A stretch of DNA of 64,000 nt. It comes from Lachnospiraceae bacterium (GTDB lineage Bacteria; Bacillota; Clostridia; Lachnospirales; Lachnospiraceae). Below the pieces are notes generated by a model. It made no database searches, was not told the origin of the DNA, and was given only the letters and a program-made list of their open reading frames with translations. The translations under genes and the position numbers were made by a program. The stretch lies in the NCBI GenBank assembly GCA_034172985.1, contig JAXFDY010000189.1, positions 10,023 to 74,022 on the forward strand, read 5' to 3'. Positions 29,969-40,772 of the stretch are shown here, in pieces. Numbering within the stretch: position 1 is the first letter of the stretch; the number at the start of each line of letters is the position of its first letter.

Positions 29969-30439
29969 TTATACTCTGTGATAACCTTTCTCCGGTTTCA
30001 TCCTATTTTGTTTTTCTTTTAATGCCATGATTCTTCCTCTTAATCCATTTTCCTCTAATTCATGAATCAGTAATTTTTCACCTTCACCTTGAAATGCAGG
30101 GCATATCTCTGCCAGTCCCAAATAAGCTGTCTTCTCATTTTCAAATATCCGCAGTGGCCAGATACTGCACTCAAATGGTTTATGCTCTCCCAACAGGCAG
30201 CCTCGTTCTTCATCCAGGCAAGGGCACAAAAGAATCTCCGTATCTGTTTGAAAGTCATATCTGGCAATATAATTTCCATCCTTCTGCTGTAAAAATCTGT
30301 CCCTGCCGATTCCTTTTTTCTCTATCTCCTCTATCTCTTGTTCACTGAACACAGGGGCTTCCCACACATCATTTTTTACAAAAGAGCAACAGATTCTGCA
30401 ATTTGCACAAGTTTCATGTTTCAACACATTTCTAAGCAT
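29969..30439 (-). CDS. YkgJ/CxxCxxCC family cysteine-cluster protein
   Basis: CANCRICC, CPCL...C...HKPFECSIWP, CPAF; start directly after scpB stop. Confidence 0.75.
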   Translation of the reverse strand: MLRNVLKHETCANCRICCSFVKNDVWEAPVFSEQEIEEIEKKGIGRDRFLQQKDGNYIARYDFQTDTEILLCPCLDEERGCLLGEHKPFECSIWPLRIFENEKTAYLGLAEICPAFQGEGEKLLIHELEENGLRGRIMALKEKQNRMKPEKGYHRV

Positions 30440-30440
30440 A

Positions 30441-31040
30441 CTAGTTATCTCCTTCATCCATATGTCCAATTTCCTGCTCTGCTTCCTGTTTAAATTCCGA
30501 GACCTTATCCCCATCAGGCTCCGGCAGATCGCTAATGGATGTTACACCAAATTTTCTTAAAAATTCTTCTGTAGTGCCAAAAAGTAATGGTCTTCCCGGA
30601 GCATCCAGACGGCCAAGCTCTGTCACCAGATTATATTCAATTAATTTATTTACCGCATGATCGCATTTTACGCCACGGATTGTTTCTATCTCAGTACGGG
30701 TAATCGGCTGTTTATAAGCAATAATTGATAAAGTTTCCAAAAGGACATCTGTCAGGACATGTTTCTTTGGCTGACTGGCCACTTTGATGAGATAATCATA
30801 GGTTTCTCCCTTTGTACACATCTGAACTGCATTTTCCAGTTCTACAATCTTCAGACCGTATTCTTTTCCCTCATACCGCTCCTTTAAGCCTGCGATAATC
30901 TCTCTTGTTTCCTTCTCTGTTTTATCAATAGCTGCTGCTATTTTAGTTACTTCTACCGATTCTCCCATCGTAAACAGAATAGCTTCCACAGCTCCCATAA
31001 GTTCCGGCTGTTCTTCCCATATTTTTTTCTTATCACTCAT
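30441..31040 (-). CDS. scpB: SMC segregation and condensation protein B
   Basis: VEAILF, LETLSIIAYKQPITRTEIETIRGV, GRPLLFGTTEEFL. Confidence 0.95.
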   Translation of the reverse strand: MSDKKKIWEEQPELMGAVEAILFTMGESVEVTKIAAAIDKTEKETREIIAGLKERYEGKEYGLKIVELENAVQMCTKGETYDYLIKVASQPKKHVLTDVLLETLSIIAYKQPITRTEIETIRGVKCDHAVNKLIEYNLVTELGRLDAPGRPLLFGTTEEFLRKFGVTSISDLPEPDGDKVSEFKQEAEQEIGHMDEGDN

Positions 31041-31055
31041 CTGTCTGTTCCTCTT

Positions 31056-31820
31056 CTAACTGCTCATACTTACCCTTACCGGTTTAAGCGATACAATAAT
31101 ATCATCAAATATTTCTTTCTGTTCTATCACAATCTCTCCCATTTTCATCAGTTCCAGAATAGCCAGAAATGAAACGATTACATGCATCTTACTATGCTGG
31201 GATTCCAGCAATTTCTTAAAGCTGAATGTTTTCTTATCTTTCACATAATCCCGAATAAAATTAATCTTATCCGGAAGACTTACTTCTTCTTTTTCTATAT
31301 TGCGAAACTTACTTCGTATGGGATCTATTTTGTCTTCTTTCCGCTTCATGACCTGCTTAAATATCTCATTTAGTTTTATCAATGTCACTCCTGAAAGTAG
31401 CTCGTCCAGATCCACCGGCTGTTCATATTTGGCTACTTCTTTCGGTATGGTAGGTCCCTTGTACATATTTCTCTCTGCATCCAGTTCTCTGTCACGCAAC
31501 TCATAAGACATATATTTATACATCTTATATTCTAAAAGTTTCTGAACAAGTTCATCCCTCGGATCTTCCTCTTCTCCATCTTCATTTATTTCTTTTGGAA
31601 GAAGCATTTTTGATTTGATATCCAGCAGAGTCGCCGCCATGACCAAAAATTCACTGACTACATCCAGGTCCTGGTGATCCATCTGATTTACATATGCCAG
31701 ATACTGTTCCGTAATCTCTACAATAGGAATGTCATAAATATTCACTTTATTTTTATCTATCAAATGCAAAAGCAAATCAAGAGGGCCTTCAAAGGCCTGT
31801 AGTTTTACAGATATTCCCAT
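31056..31820 (-). CDS. scpA: SMC segregation and condensation protein A
   Basis: FEGPLDLLLHLI, FLVMAATLLDIKSKMLLP, VSFLAILEL. Confidence 0.95.
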   Translation of the reverse strand: MGISVKLQAFEGPLDLLLHLIDKNKVNIYDIPIVEITEQYLAYVNQMDHQDLDVVSEFLVMAATLLDIKSKMLLPKEINEDGEEEDPRDELVQKLLEYKMYKYMSYELRDRELDAERNMYKGPTIPKEVAKYEQPVDLDELLSGVTLIKLNEIFKQVMKRKEDKIDPIRSKFRNIEKEEVSLPDKINFIRDYVKDKKTFSFKKLLESQHSKMHVIVSFLAILELMKMGEIVIEQKEIFDDIIVSLKPVRVSMSS

Positions 31821-31837
31821 ATTTATCTCTCTTTCTT

Positions 31838-32677
31838 TTATTTTTTGTCTATCAATACCGCAACCAGCTCCGATGGATTAAACAGACGGAAATGAATGGT
31901 ATGTGTCCCCGCTCCCGCCGATACAATCATGGTAGTGTTATCCTTTTTATACAAACCATATGAGTATCTGGGAAAAAAATGATAATCTGTAGAAATCACG
32001 CCTCTGATAAAGGGAAGTCTGACGATTCCACCATGATTATGTCCGGAATAGACAAAATCCGGCTTCCATTCTACATATTTTTCAAAATAATTCGGAGTAT
32101 GGGCTATCAGTACTCTGATAGATTTTTCTTTTGTATCTTGAAAAATGTCTTTTTCCGATAGACAAAATTTTTTCCTGTCTTTATAACAATCTTTTTCCAG
32201 CTCTAACCCATAGAACTGAAATTCTGTTCCTTTTAACCGACAGGTGAGTAATTCATTATTCAGAAGATGAATGTGCATTTTTTTAATTTCTCTCAAATAT
32301 TGTAAAAAACGTTCATCCTCTCTTACCCTGGTTTCATGATTTCCAAAACTGTATATCACAAGACAGATATCCTGGATTTCTTTTAGAAATTCCAATGCTG
32401 TCTCTGTTATGACCCGATTTCCTTTTCCCACAATCAGATCTCCACCAATGATGATACAATCCGGTTTTTCGTTCCGTATAGCCTCTACAAGTCTCTCATT
32501 TTTCTTTCCGAAACGATTCCCATGCAAATCGCTGATATAAATAATTTTCACAGTTTCCTCTATCCCTGTATCCACAAATTGATATCTCTTCAGTACAAAA
32601 TGATGTACTTCGTAATAGCTGATACACAGGATGATTCCAAAAAGAACTGCGACGCACAGTACGAAATAGTATATCAT
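31838..32677 (-). CDS. Calcineurin-like metallophosphoesterase (YkuE-like)
   Basis: SDLHG, GGDL, GNHE, AHTP, SGHNHGG. Confidence 0.88.
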   Translation of the reverse strand: MIYYFVLCVAVLFGIILCISYYEVHHFVLKRYQFVDTGIEETVKIIYISDLHGNRFGKKNERLVEAIRNEKPDCIIIGGDLIVGKGNRVITETALEFLKEIQDICLVIYSFGNHETRVREDERFLQYLREIKKMHIHLLNNELLTCRLKGTEFQFYGLELEKDCYKDRKKFCLSEKDIFQDTKEKSIRVLIAHTPNYFEKYVEWKPDFVYSGHNHGGIVRLPFIRGVISTDYHFFPRYSYGLYKKDNTTMIVSAGAGTHTIHFRLFNPSELVAVLIDKK

Positions 32678-32780
32678 AAAACCTCCTTGAAGTAAAACTT
32701 TTTTGTCCTTACCGCATATTTGAGCGATAAGGTATCCTCCCTGCTTCGCGGGTCCCTCCTTACCGCATATTTTACCATAT

Positions 32781-34013
32781 TTATAGAAAGAGTGCATTCA
32801 TTAATTTTTTGAAACAGTCTCCGTATTGCATTTTACGCACTGATTCTGCTGCTATAATATTCACACTTCCTACGAGTTTATCCCCAAGATAATATTCTGC
32901 TTTTCCCACTACATCCCCTTTCGTGACCGGTGCCTGGACAGTACTTTCTCCTGTTATTTTCTTTTCGATACTGCCTACGTTTTCTCCTGATGTACTTAAA
33001 TAAGAAAATTGGTCTGCGTATTTCGTCGCCACCTTTTCTTTGATTCCTAATGTCACCTTTACATCCGGAGGATTTTTTGTATCTTCATCCTGATAGAGAC
33101 TACAATGCCCATATCCATAATCTAAAAGCTTTGCTGCTTCTGAAAACCGTATTTTATAATCCGGAGCTGCCATGATAACAGCTATGAGATCAATGCCGTC
33201 TTTTCTGGCTGTAGCACTGACACAATACTTTGCCTTGCTGGTAGACCCTGTTTTTAATCCTGTCGTCCACTGATACTGTTTTAGCAATTTATTTGTATTC
33301 GCCAGCCCAAATTCACTGGTTCCTTTCGCAGTTACATGAGTAATATTTTCCATCCAGATAGTGGAGTAATTTGTAATCTGAGGATATTTTGTAATTAATT
33401 CCCTTGACATCAGTGCTACATCCCTTGCAGTCGTATAATGTCCATCAGAATCTGTCAGACCACAGCAATCCTCAAAGCAGGTATTCTCCATGCCAAGCCC
33501 TTTCGCACGTTCATTCATCATTTTTACAAATTCTGTTTCACTTCCTGCTATGTACTCTGCCATTGCCACGCATGCATCGTTTCCGGATGCCACAATAATA
33601 CATTTGATTAATGTGTCCACACTTTGTACTTCCCCTTCTTCCAGAAACACCTGGGAACCTCCCATGGATTTCGCATAGGCAGAGGTGGTAACAGAATCCT
33701 CCAGTGTAATCTGACCTTTTTCCAGAGCATCAAAAATCAGAATCAACGTCATGATTTTTGTAATGCTGGCCGGACTTAAACGCTCATCTGCATTATTTTC
33801 ATATATTACAGTTCCTGTAGATGCTTCCATCAGAATCGATGCTTTCGACTGCAAGCCTAAATCCGGCTGACCGGCTTCTTCTTCTCCATAAGCAGAAAGC
33901 GGCAGCAGGCATGATAGTAAAATACTTATCATTAGCCAGACTGCCACAATTCTTTTTTTTCTTTTCACTTTTATATCCACACTTCCATCAGTTCTTAGCA
34001 CATCTATATGCAA
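32781..34013 (-). CDS. D-alanyl-D-alanine carboxypeptidase (S11, DacF-like); true start probably slightly downstream
   Basis: PASITK, ASGND, GLKTG; signal peptide; upstream of scpA. Confidence 0.9.
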   Translation of the reverse strand: MHIDVLRTDGSVDIKVKRKKRIVAVWLMISILLSCLLPLSAYGEEEAGQPDLGLQSKASILMEASTGTVIYENNADERLSPASITKIMTLILIFDALEKGQITLEDSVTTSAYAKSMGGSQVFLEEGEVQSVDTLIKCIIVASGNDACVAMAEYIAGSETEFVKMMNERAKGLGMENTCFEDCCGLTDSDGHYTTARDVALMSRELITKYPQITNYSTIWMENITHVTAKGTSEFGLANTNKLLKQYQWTTGLKTGSTSKAKYCVSATARKDGIDLIAVIMAAPDYKIRFSEAAKLLDYGYGHCSLYQDEDTKNPPDVKVTLGIKEKVATKYADQFSYLSTSGENVGSIEKKITGESTVQAPVTKGDVVGKAEYYLGDKLVGSVNIIAAESVRKMQYGDCFKKLMNALFL

Positions 34014-34035
34014 GTGCGGTCAATATTATGAATGA

Positions 34036-36162
34036 TTATTCTGCAATTGAATCATCAACATTTGAAGCAATATAGATATATTCCTCTGAGGAGGCCACAA
34101 TGGACTTGCTCTTCCAAAGATTTTTCACAGTAAACGAATCAAGATTCTGTACATTTGATGTCTTTACAAGCAGCGTATTCTCGTCAATATACTGTGTTTC
34201 ACATTTTTCTTCATTGATATATACATAACAGAATGGTGAAAAATATGTGCCCTTTACGATATAGTATTCGCAATTTTCATCAATTTCTTCTGCTTCTTCC
34301 TGAGTAGGCTTACCGGAAGAATCTGATGAATTTGGAATAAACTGCAGCGGATTATTGTCCCTCGTTACCTGCTCAATCGTCACAGGATACGTTCCCATCT
34401 GCATATCCGTTGCTACATAAGGATTTTTTCCGTCAAAGACATATTCATCTCCGTAAAGAATATCATACTCTAATGTTTTCAATGATTTCAGATAATTCGG
34501 ATCATCCTGATAGATTCTGTGGAATTTGTTAATGACACCCTCATCAATTCCTAATTTTTCAAAAATTCTCGGATAAATCTGGAATGTCTCCAAATCTTCA
34601 TCCGGGAGTTCAAATCCAAAATTACTCCAGATGATATATTCTGTCTGGTACAAATTTCCATTTGTCAATTCATCTTCTGTCAGTTCCAGACTCGGAAGAT
34701 GATCTCCATACATAACAAGAATCACATCTTCTTCATATTCTGATAAAGCGTCTGTCAATTCACCAACAAAATCATCCATTTCCTTAATCTGATTTACATA
34801 ATATTCAAACTGATAACTTCTCTCTTCATCTTCAATGCCAGAGACCGTAATCAACGGATCTTCCAACACTTCATACGTCGGATAGCTTCCATGTCCCTGC
34901 ACCGAAATCGTATAAATAAAATCCTGTTCATCGGTAGAATCAAGCACTTTGATAATCTCGTCTGTCAAGATAGTGTCTTTTACCCAGCCTAATTCTGTAT
35001 AATCTGTCGGATTCATAAATTCCACACTGGTAAAAGTATTTAGTCCAAGATTCTTAAACACTTTATTTCTTGAGTAGAAGGATGCATTATTATTATGAAT
35101 TACATGGGATGTATATCCATAATCACGCAAAACATATGCCATACTTTCACATGTGGTTTCTTTCAGAATTGTTTTATATGGGAATTCTCCCGGTCCGAAA
35201 TCTTCCAGATTCATACCTGTCAGCATTTCAAATTCTGTATTTGCTGTTCCATATCCAACATTATTCACAGAAAGGTATCCTGATGGAAATTCTTCTTTCA
35301 ACTGATTAAAAATAGGGGTTGCTTCCTCGGAAAGCTCCAAATCCTTTACTTTATTTACATCAAAGAACGATTCCAGCTGAAGAAAAATAATATTCGGTGT
35401 CTGAGCATCTTCGACTGCACCACTCTCTGCATTGTCCAGATTCTTTTTAATCTTTTCAATCGTTTCCTCAGAATATTCCTTCGGCTTTTTCACACCTACA
35501 TTGACAACAGAGTTTGCAAAACAGTATGCAAAACCATATTTCTGATAGGCAATCGACAAATTCGGAAATTTAGTAGATAAACTTCCGATAGAAATACCAA
35601 TATTGGCGGAAGATACTGTAATAATGCCAATGATTGCTATCAATGCCACATTCCAGACATAATTTATTTTTTTCGAATATACCGGAACTTTTCTCCACAA
35701 ATAGATGACACCAACAATTACAAAAATAATCAGACATATAAGCAAAATTCCCAAAGGGCCGTTCAAATATTTATCCATGATGCCCATAACCGATGTAGCC
35801 ATACGAAGATCATTGGCCGAAAAAGGGGTTTCCCTATATGATTTTAACAGGAAATTTGCCACTCCGAATCCAATCCATACACAGGAGATCAATAACATCG
35901 GGGCAATTCTTTTCTTTAATATCAGAGCAAATGAAACTGTAAACAATACAATCAGATAATTAAGCAAAAATGTAATGGTACTTCCTGTCAAAAACTTAAA
36001 AAATCTTGATACAGACCTCTGATTTAATGCCTCCGCTATGGTATATGCCACAAGAGGTGCAAAAATATAAACAAGAAGTGTATACCGCTTCACCTTTGTG
36101 TTCCATATGTCTTTAAAATAATTTACAACTTTCTCTCTCACCTTTATAACCTCTTTTCCCAA
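34036..36162 (-). CDS. LTA synthase family protein (phosphoglycerol transferase/sulfatase)
   Basis: Five N-terminal TMs; NIIFLQLESF, GTANTEFE, VQGHGSY, YGDHLP. Confidence 0.88.
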   Translation of the reverse strand: MGKEVIKVREKVVNYFKDIWNTKVKRYTLLVYIFAPLVAYTIAEALNQRSVSRFFKFLTGSTITFLLNYLIVLFTVSFALILKKRIAPMLLISCVWIGFGVANFLLKSYRETPFSANDLRMATSVMGIMDKYLNGPLGILLICLIIFVIVGVIYLWRKVPVYSKKINYVWNVALIAIIGIITVSSANIGISIGSLSTKFPNLSIAYQKYGFAYCFANSVVNVGVKKPKEYSEETIEKIKKNLDNAESGAVEDAQTPNIIFLQLESFFDVNKVKDLELSEEATPIFNQLKEEFPSGYLSVNNVGYGTANTEFEMLTGMNLEDFGPGEFPYKTILKETTCESMAYVLRDYGYTSHVIHNNNASFYSRNKVFKNLGLNTFTSVEFMNPTDYTELGWVKDTILTDEIIKVLDSTDEQDFIYTISVQGHGSYPTYEVLEDPLITVSGIEDEERSYQFEYYVNQIKEMDDFVGELTDALSEYEEDVILVMYGDHLPSLELTEDELTNGNLYQTEYIIWSNFGFELPDEDLETFQIYPRIFEKLGIDEGVINKFHRIYQDDPNYLKSLKTLEYDILYGDEYVFDGKNPYVATDMQMGTYPVTIEQVTRDNNPLQFIPNSSDSSGKPTQEEAEEIDENCEYYIVKGTYFSPFCYVYINEEKCETQYIDENTLLVKTSNVQNLDSFTVKNLWKSKSIVASSEEYIYIASNVDDSIAE

Positions 36163-36168
36163 AACAAG

Positions 36169-36777
36169 TTAATAAAATATCTTTTCTTCCTGCAACACGT
36201 GATATTTTTGATTTACAAGTTCCACAATAATGACATTACAGTTTTTCTGCAACCCTCCGCTCCAGAAATCTGCAATTCCATGTCCCTTCACATACGACAT
36301 CAATGCCTTATTCATAGCACCATGTGCCACTATCATAACTCTCTCCCACTGATTTTCGTACGGTTCGATCTTGTCTTTCATAAAATCCGCTGCTCGTTCA
36401 ATCAAATGTTTCAGTGTTTCTCCGTTTTCATCCGGCTGATAATGTTCCGGCTGTGCAAAGAAATATTGAAAAGTTGTGGAAGTATCCTCTTTTAACTCCT
36501 CCATGACTCTTCCCTCATAACCGCCAAAATTTAATTCTATGATCCGTTCATCTTTTTCAATCGGAATATCTCTGTCTCCTCTTATCAAAAGTGCCGTTTC
36601 ATATGCCCGGTCCAACGGACTGGAATAGATTCGGTCAAATTTTACATTTTTCAATGCTTCACCTGTCCTTACAGCCAGCTCCCGTCCATATTCACTGAGT
36701 GGAATATTGGTTCTTCCCTGCAATCTGTGTTCTTTATTCCAGACGGTTTCTCCATGACGGATAATATATAGTTCCAT
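36169..36777 (-). CDS. Histidine phosphatase (phosphoglycerate mutase family)
   Basis: IIRHGETVWN, SSPLDRAYETA, IVAHG. Confidence 0.9.
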   Translation of the reverse strand: MELYIIRHGETVWNKEHRLQGRTNIPLSEYGRELAVRTGEALKNVKFDRIYSSPLDRAYETALLIRGDRDIPIEKDERIIELNFGGYEGRVMEELKEDTSTTFQYFFAQPEHYQPDENGETLKHLIERAADFMKDKIEPYENQWERVMIVAHGAMNKALMSYVKGHGIADFWSGGLQKNCNVIIVELVNQKYHVLQEEKIFY

Positions 36778-36788
36778 CTGTCTCTCCC

Positions 36789-37334
36789 TCACCTTCTCTG
36801 ATACTCTCTCCTCAGGTTTCCGTCTAAATCTTTCCATTGAAAACATCCCTGTTCAATAATCATATAACCATGATAGCTGTCTTCTTTTGGAATTGATACA
36901 GAACCGGGGTTCATATACAGATTCTTTCCAATACTTTCACATGCCGGTACATGTGTATGCCCATGTAATAATACTTCATTTTCAGACAAATTTGGCATAA
37001 AATTTTTATTAAATTTATGTCCATGAGTTGCAAATATGACAATATCGTCCAGACACAGATAACAATAATCTGCCATGACAGGGAATTCCAACACCATCTG
37101 ATCCACTTCCGTATCGCAATTTCCCCTGACACATATCACTTCATTCCTGATCATATTCAGTTTTTCAATCACCTTCTTGGGCTGATAATCTTTCGGAAGA
37201 TCATTTCTTGGTCCATGATAAAGTATATCTCCCAGAAGCAGCAATTTATCGCACCCTTCTTCCCGATATTTTTCTAATAATTTGTCACAATAATATGCAG
37301 AGCCATGAATATCTGCCGCTACCATTATCTTCAT
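36789..37334 (-). CDS. yfcE: YfcE-type phosphodiesterase
   Basis: ADIHGS, LGDILYHGPRN, VRGNCD, THGH, HGHTH, NPGSVSIPK. Confidence 0.85.
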   Translation of the reverse strand: MKIMVAADIHGSAYYCDKLLEKYREEGCDKLLLLGDILYHGPRNDLPKDYQPKKVIEKLNMIRNEVICVRGNCDTEVDQMVLEFPVMADYCYLCLDDIVIFATHGHKFNKNFMPNLSENEVLLHGHTHVPACESIGKNLYMNPGSVSIPKEDSYHGYMIIEQGCFQWKDLDGNLRREYQRR

Positions 37335-37435
37335 GGAAATCCTCTTTTCTTTTATCAAAATCAAAAATGCCATTATCATTTCTGACTTTGGCATTTTGAA
37401 GCAATAATATCACATATATATAGTTTTTGCAACTA

Positions 37436-38596
37436 TTAATTCTCTTCTATCTTTGTTCCCTTCAGTATCTTTAACAATACATCCAGCACTTTCAGATACT
37501 TTAACTGTTCTGTATGACCCACATCACACGGTACAAAAATTTTCTTCCCTTTCAGTGTATAAACTGCTAATCCCTGGGAAAAAGTTTTTCCTGTAAATTC
37601 AAAATGAGAAATTTGTTTTACCGGAATATCGCCACTTGTCAGCAGTCCATGATAATAAATCCTTTCCGTCGTAACTACCATTCCGCTTTTTCCATTTAGA
37701 CGTCTGGAAGTATCGTTAATTAACATAATATATTCAAATTTTCCGGAATTCACAAAAGATTTTTCTACCTGTTCTGCCTTTGTGCTGTTATCACCGAAAA
37801 ATATTCTTCCACTGGAGAGCTGCTTATCTGCAATGGCTTTTTTAAATTGTTCTAACTTTTCCTGCCATTTTATCTTTCCATTTTCATCAATGACTGTCTC
37901 TATATTCTTTATAAGTCTGTCCACATATACAGTTCTGCAGGGAATCCTCTCCAGCTGGCTGAATGCTTCATATAACTCCTTCTCGTGGATTGTCTCGTAG
38001 TCCCCGTATTTTTCCCTGATACAATTCTCCTGATTTTCAAAGAATTTATCTGTCACAGAGCTTATCGTCAGATCCGGCTTCTCAATCCTGATACCTAACC
38101 CCAGCTCATCTGCTTTTTTCTGAATCTCTTCCCAATGAATCAATTTTTTTGCATCTTCACTAATAAACCGGTCATATGCCCCTTTATAATCAAAATTCTC
38201 TGAAGGTTTAGCAAATTCCATGTCTGCCAGCCATTTTCCATATTTTTTCCGGATATAATCAATTGTCTGAGAATAATCCGAATATGTATTCTCACCCAGA
38301 ATTTCCGTAACAATTTTCTTCATTTTTGCTGAAACAACTGATTCCGGTGCATAACAAAATATTTGAAATAACACTGACTCACAATTTCTGACCAGTTCTT
38401 CTTCCTGAATCAGACATCCATATTCTTCCATCAGGCAAATAGCAACTATCTCAGCGACACCAGCCATTTTCCTTGCAGGAATTCTGTCTGAACTTCCTTT
38501 CACATAATAATACTTATCCCAGGCAATCTTTTTTATCACATTTTCCGATAAAGTCAATACAAAATCGGAAAAACCTGTCTTTACAATTTCTGCCAT
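37436..38596 (-). CDS. Hypothetical 386-aa protein, C-terminus possibly PH-like
   Basis: Long clean ORF co-oriented with neighbours; no recognised family. Confidence 0.75.
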   Translation of the reverse strand: MAEIVKTGFSDFVLTLSENVIKKIAWDKYYYVKGSSDRIPARKMAGVAEIVAICLMEEYGCLIQEEELVRNCESVLFQIFCYAPESVVSAKMKKIVTEILGENTYSDYSQTIDYIRKKYGKWLADMEFAKPSENFDYKGAYDRFISEDAKKLIHWEEIQKKADELGLGIRIEKPDLTISSVTDKFFENQENCIREKYGDYETIHEKELYEAFSQLERIPCRTVYVDRLIKNIETVIDENGKIKWQEKLEQFKKAIADKQLSSGRIFFGDNSTKAEQVEKSFVNSGKFEYIMLINDTSRRLNGKSGMVVTTERIYYHGLLTSGDIPVKQISHFEFTGKTFSQGLAVYTLKGKKIFVPCDVGHTEQLKYLKVLDVLLKILKGTKIEEN

Positions 38597-38617
38597 ATTG
38601 TTTTCTCTCCATCGTTC

Positions 38618-39271
38618 TTACAATACCATTTTCATCAGATATAAATTAACAAATGTTTCCAACCCTGAGGTTATCACATTTAAAATCAGCAATTGAAACA
38701 GGCCACGTAAATAACCCGGGATTTTCTTTTTTAGGAAACTATAAGATTTATTTTCCCGATATTCTTTCGAATCCCGGCATAACTCCCTGCTAAAATATAC
38801 TAAAACTAAAATCATCAGCACATAAGATATGTAATGCGGGAAAATAGATATTCCATACAATAGAACTCCTCCCATCCCATACTGAAGCACATATACACTA
38901 ACCAGAATCCCTATGGAAAATCCTTTATACAAAAGAAAAAGCTCCGAAGTCAGGTAGCCAAGTGATGTCAGACTCAGCAGTAAAATCAGTAAAATCTCTT
39001 TGCTTTGTCTCCAGAAGGAATATAAGAATAAATCCTTTTTTTCCACTGAGACACCACTAAACCGGTCAATAAAGTATTCGCTATAAACGCCAAACTTTTC
39101 ATATCCTTCACTGCAAAAAAGATTCAGAAATAATGTTCCAAACACAATACCGCCCAGAAACAAACACAGAAGAACCATATCCTGACTGTTTCTCTTCACT
39201 TTTATTTTTTTTTGCACACTTTTCTTTTTTGATGCACTGATGTACGCAAATCCTCTCAACATATGCTTCAT
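38618..39271 (-). CDS. spoIIM: Stage II sporulation protein M
   Basis: Multi-TM; KGFSIGILVS, SIFPH, LETFVN; follows the NUDIX gene as in other Firmicutes. Confidence 0.75.
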   Translation of the reverse strand: MKHMLRGFAYISASKKKSVQKKIKVKRNSQDMVLLCLFLGGIVFGTLFLNLFCSEGYEKFGVYSEYFIDRFSGVSVEKKDLFLYSFWRQSKEILLILLLSLTSLGYLTSELFLLYKGFSIGILVSVYVLQYGMGGVLLYGISIFPHYISYVLMILVLVYFSRELCRDSKEYRENKSYSFLKKKIPGYLRGLFQLLILNVITSGLETFVNLYLMKMVL

Positions 39272-39328
39272 TCCTTTCAGGGGTTATCCCACATAATATC
39301 TATATGACAGGAATGAAAAAATATGATT

Positions 39329-39871
39329 TTAATTCTTTAATACATATTTGGCATAATAAGTCATAATAGCTGCAACTGTTTTTGCATCCTGTATGGTGAA
39401 ATCATATACCATCTGAACCAGTTCCATGATATCATAAGCAGCTACATCTACAAACTCTCCTTCGTCAAGATGCTGATGTGATTTTTTTAAATCAGTAGCC
39501 ACATAGATATCTATTAATTCATTACAAAAAGCAACTGTTGTTTTTATGCTGAGCAATTGTTCCAAATGGTCTGATTTGTATCCGGTTTCTTCTTCCAATT
39601 CTCTTGCCGCACAAAGAATCGTAGGTTCATCTGCTCCGTTTCTTCCTCCTGCCGGCAATTCAAGGGTAAACCGATCCAGTGCATTTCGATACTGCTTCAC
39701 CATCAATATCTTTCCGTCTTCCATAACCGGAAGCACCGCTGCCGCCCCTTTATGATTGATAAAATCATAGTGCTGTACAGTGCCATCCGGCAATTGAATG
39801 GTATCTTCGTATAAATCTATGATATTACCTTTCTTTACGATTTTTCTTTCTACACGTTTTAACGGTTCCAT
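39329..39871 (-). CDS. nudF: ADP-ribose pyrophosphatase-like NUDIX hydrolase
   Basis: VKQYR, ELPAGG, AARELEEETG Nudix box, IQDAKT. Confidence 0.88.
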   Translation of the reverse strand: MEPLKRVERKIVKKGNIIDLYEDTIQLPDGTVQHYDFINHKGAAAVLPVMEDGKILMVKQYRNALDRFTLELPAGGRNGADEPTILCAARELEEETGYKSDHLEQLLSIKTTVAFCNELIDIYVATDLKKSHQHLDEGEFVDVAAYDIMELVQMVYDFTIQDAKTVAAIMTYYAKYVLKN

Positions 39872-39885
39872 ATTTCCTCCCACGA

Positions 39886-40683
39886 TTATTTCATTCCCTC
39901 TGCTTTCGCATAACATGCATCTGTAGCTTTCATAATGCTATTGCGAAATCCATACTCTTCCAAAGCTGCCACTCCTTGAATGGTAGTACCTCCCGGTGAA
40001 CATACTGCATCCTTCAGTTCGCCCGGATGCTTTTCTGTTTCCAATACCATTTTTGCTGCACCTAATACAGTCTGAGCTACCAGTTCGTAAGCATCCTGTC
40101 GCGAAATTCCATATTTCACAACACTATCTGCCAATGCTTCAATAAACATATATACATAAGCAGGAGAACTTCCTGACGCACAGGTAACAGCGCTCATTAA
40201 CTTCTCATCCACCTGTACATATTTTCCAAAAGACTTAAATATCCTGTCAAGCATATCCTTTTCTGTCAATGTAAACATCGATGCATCATAGCTGACGCCG
40301 GTCATACCTTCCCCTAATAACGCCGGTGTATTCGGCATGGCACGCACTACTCTGGAATCAAATCCAAGCATATCTGTCAAATACTCAATGCTGATTCCCG
40401 GTGCTAAAGAAATCACCACATGCTCTTTTGTAATTACATTTTCTATATTTTTAATCACCTGCGGATATACCTGAGGTTTCACAGCAAGTATCAGATACTT
40501 TACATTATTCACCAATTCTGCATTGCTCTCAACATAGCGAATTCCTTTTTCTCTCGCCATTTCTCTTCCCAATGCTTCATTTTTTCTGGTAAAAAGGATA
40601 TCATCCTTTTCGAATACTTTCATCACTCCCTGCAACATGGCAGAGCCCATATTTCCCATACCGATAAAACCAATTTTAGCCAT
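39886..40683 (-). CDS. proC: Pyrroline-5-carboxylate reductase
   Basis: GFIGMGNMG, LAVKPQ, RAMPNTP, SGSSPAY, VCSPGGTT. Confidence 0.96.
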   Translation of the reverse strand: MAKIGFIGMGNMGSAMLQGVMKVFEKDDILFTRKNEALGREMAREKGIRYVESNAELVNNVKYLILAVKPQVYPQVIKNIENVITKEHVVISLAPGISIEYLTDMLGFDSRVVRAMPNTPALLGEGMTGVSYDASMFTLTEKDMLDRIFKSFGKYVQVDEKLMSAVTCASGSSPAYVYMFIEALADSVVKYGISRQDAYELVAQTVLGAAKMVLETEKHPGELKDAVCSPGGTTIQGVAALEEYGFRNSIMKATDACYAKAEGMK

Positions 40684-40719
40684 TTTTCCTCATCCTTTCT
40701 CTAATAAGCTGTAAGAAAA

Positions 40720-40749
40720 TAAAGTCAGATGCTTCCACATCTGACTTTA
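40720..40749 (-). terminator. Intrinsic terminator after the aminotransferase
   Basis: TAAAGTCAGATG / CATCTGACTTTA stem, T-rich tail on minus strand. Confidence 0.7.
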
Positions 40750-40772
40750 CCACAGTTTTTATAAAATTTCTA

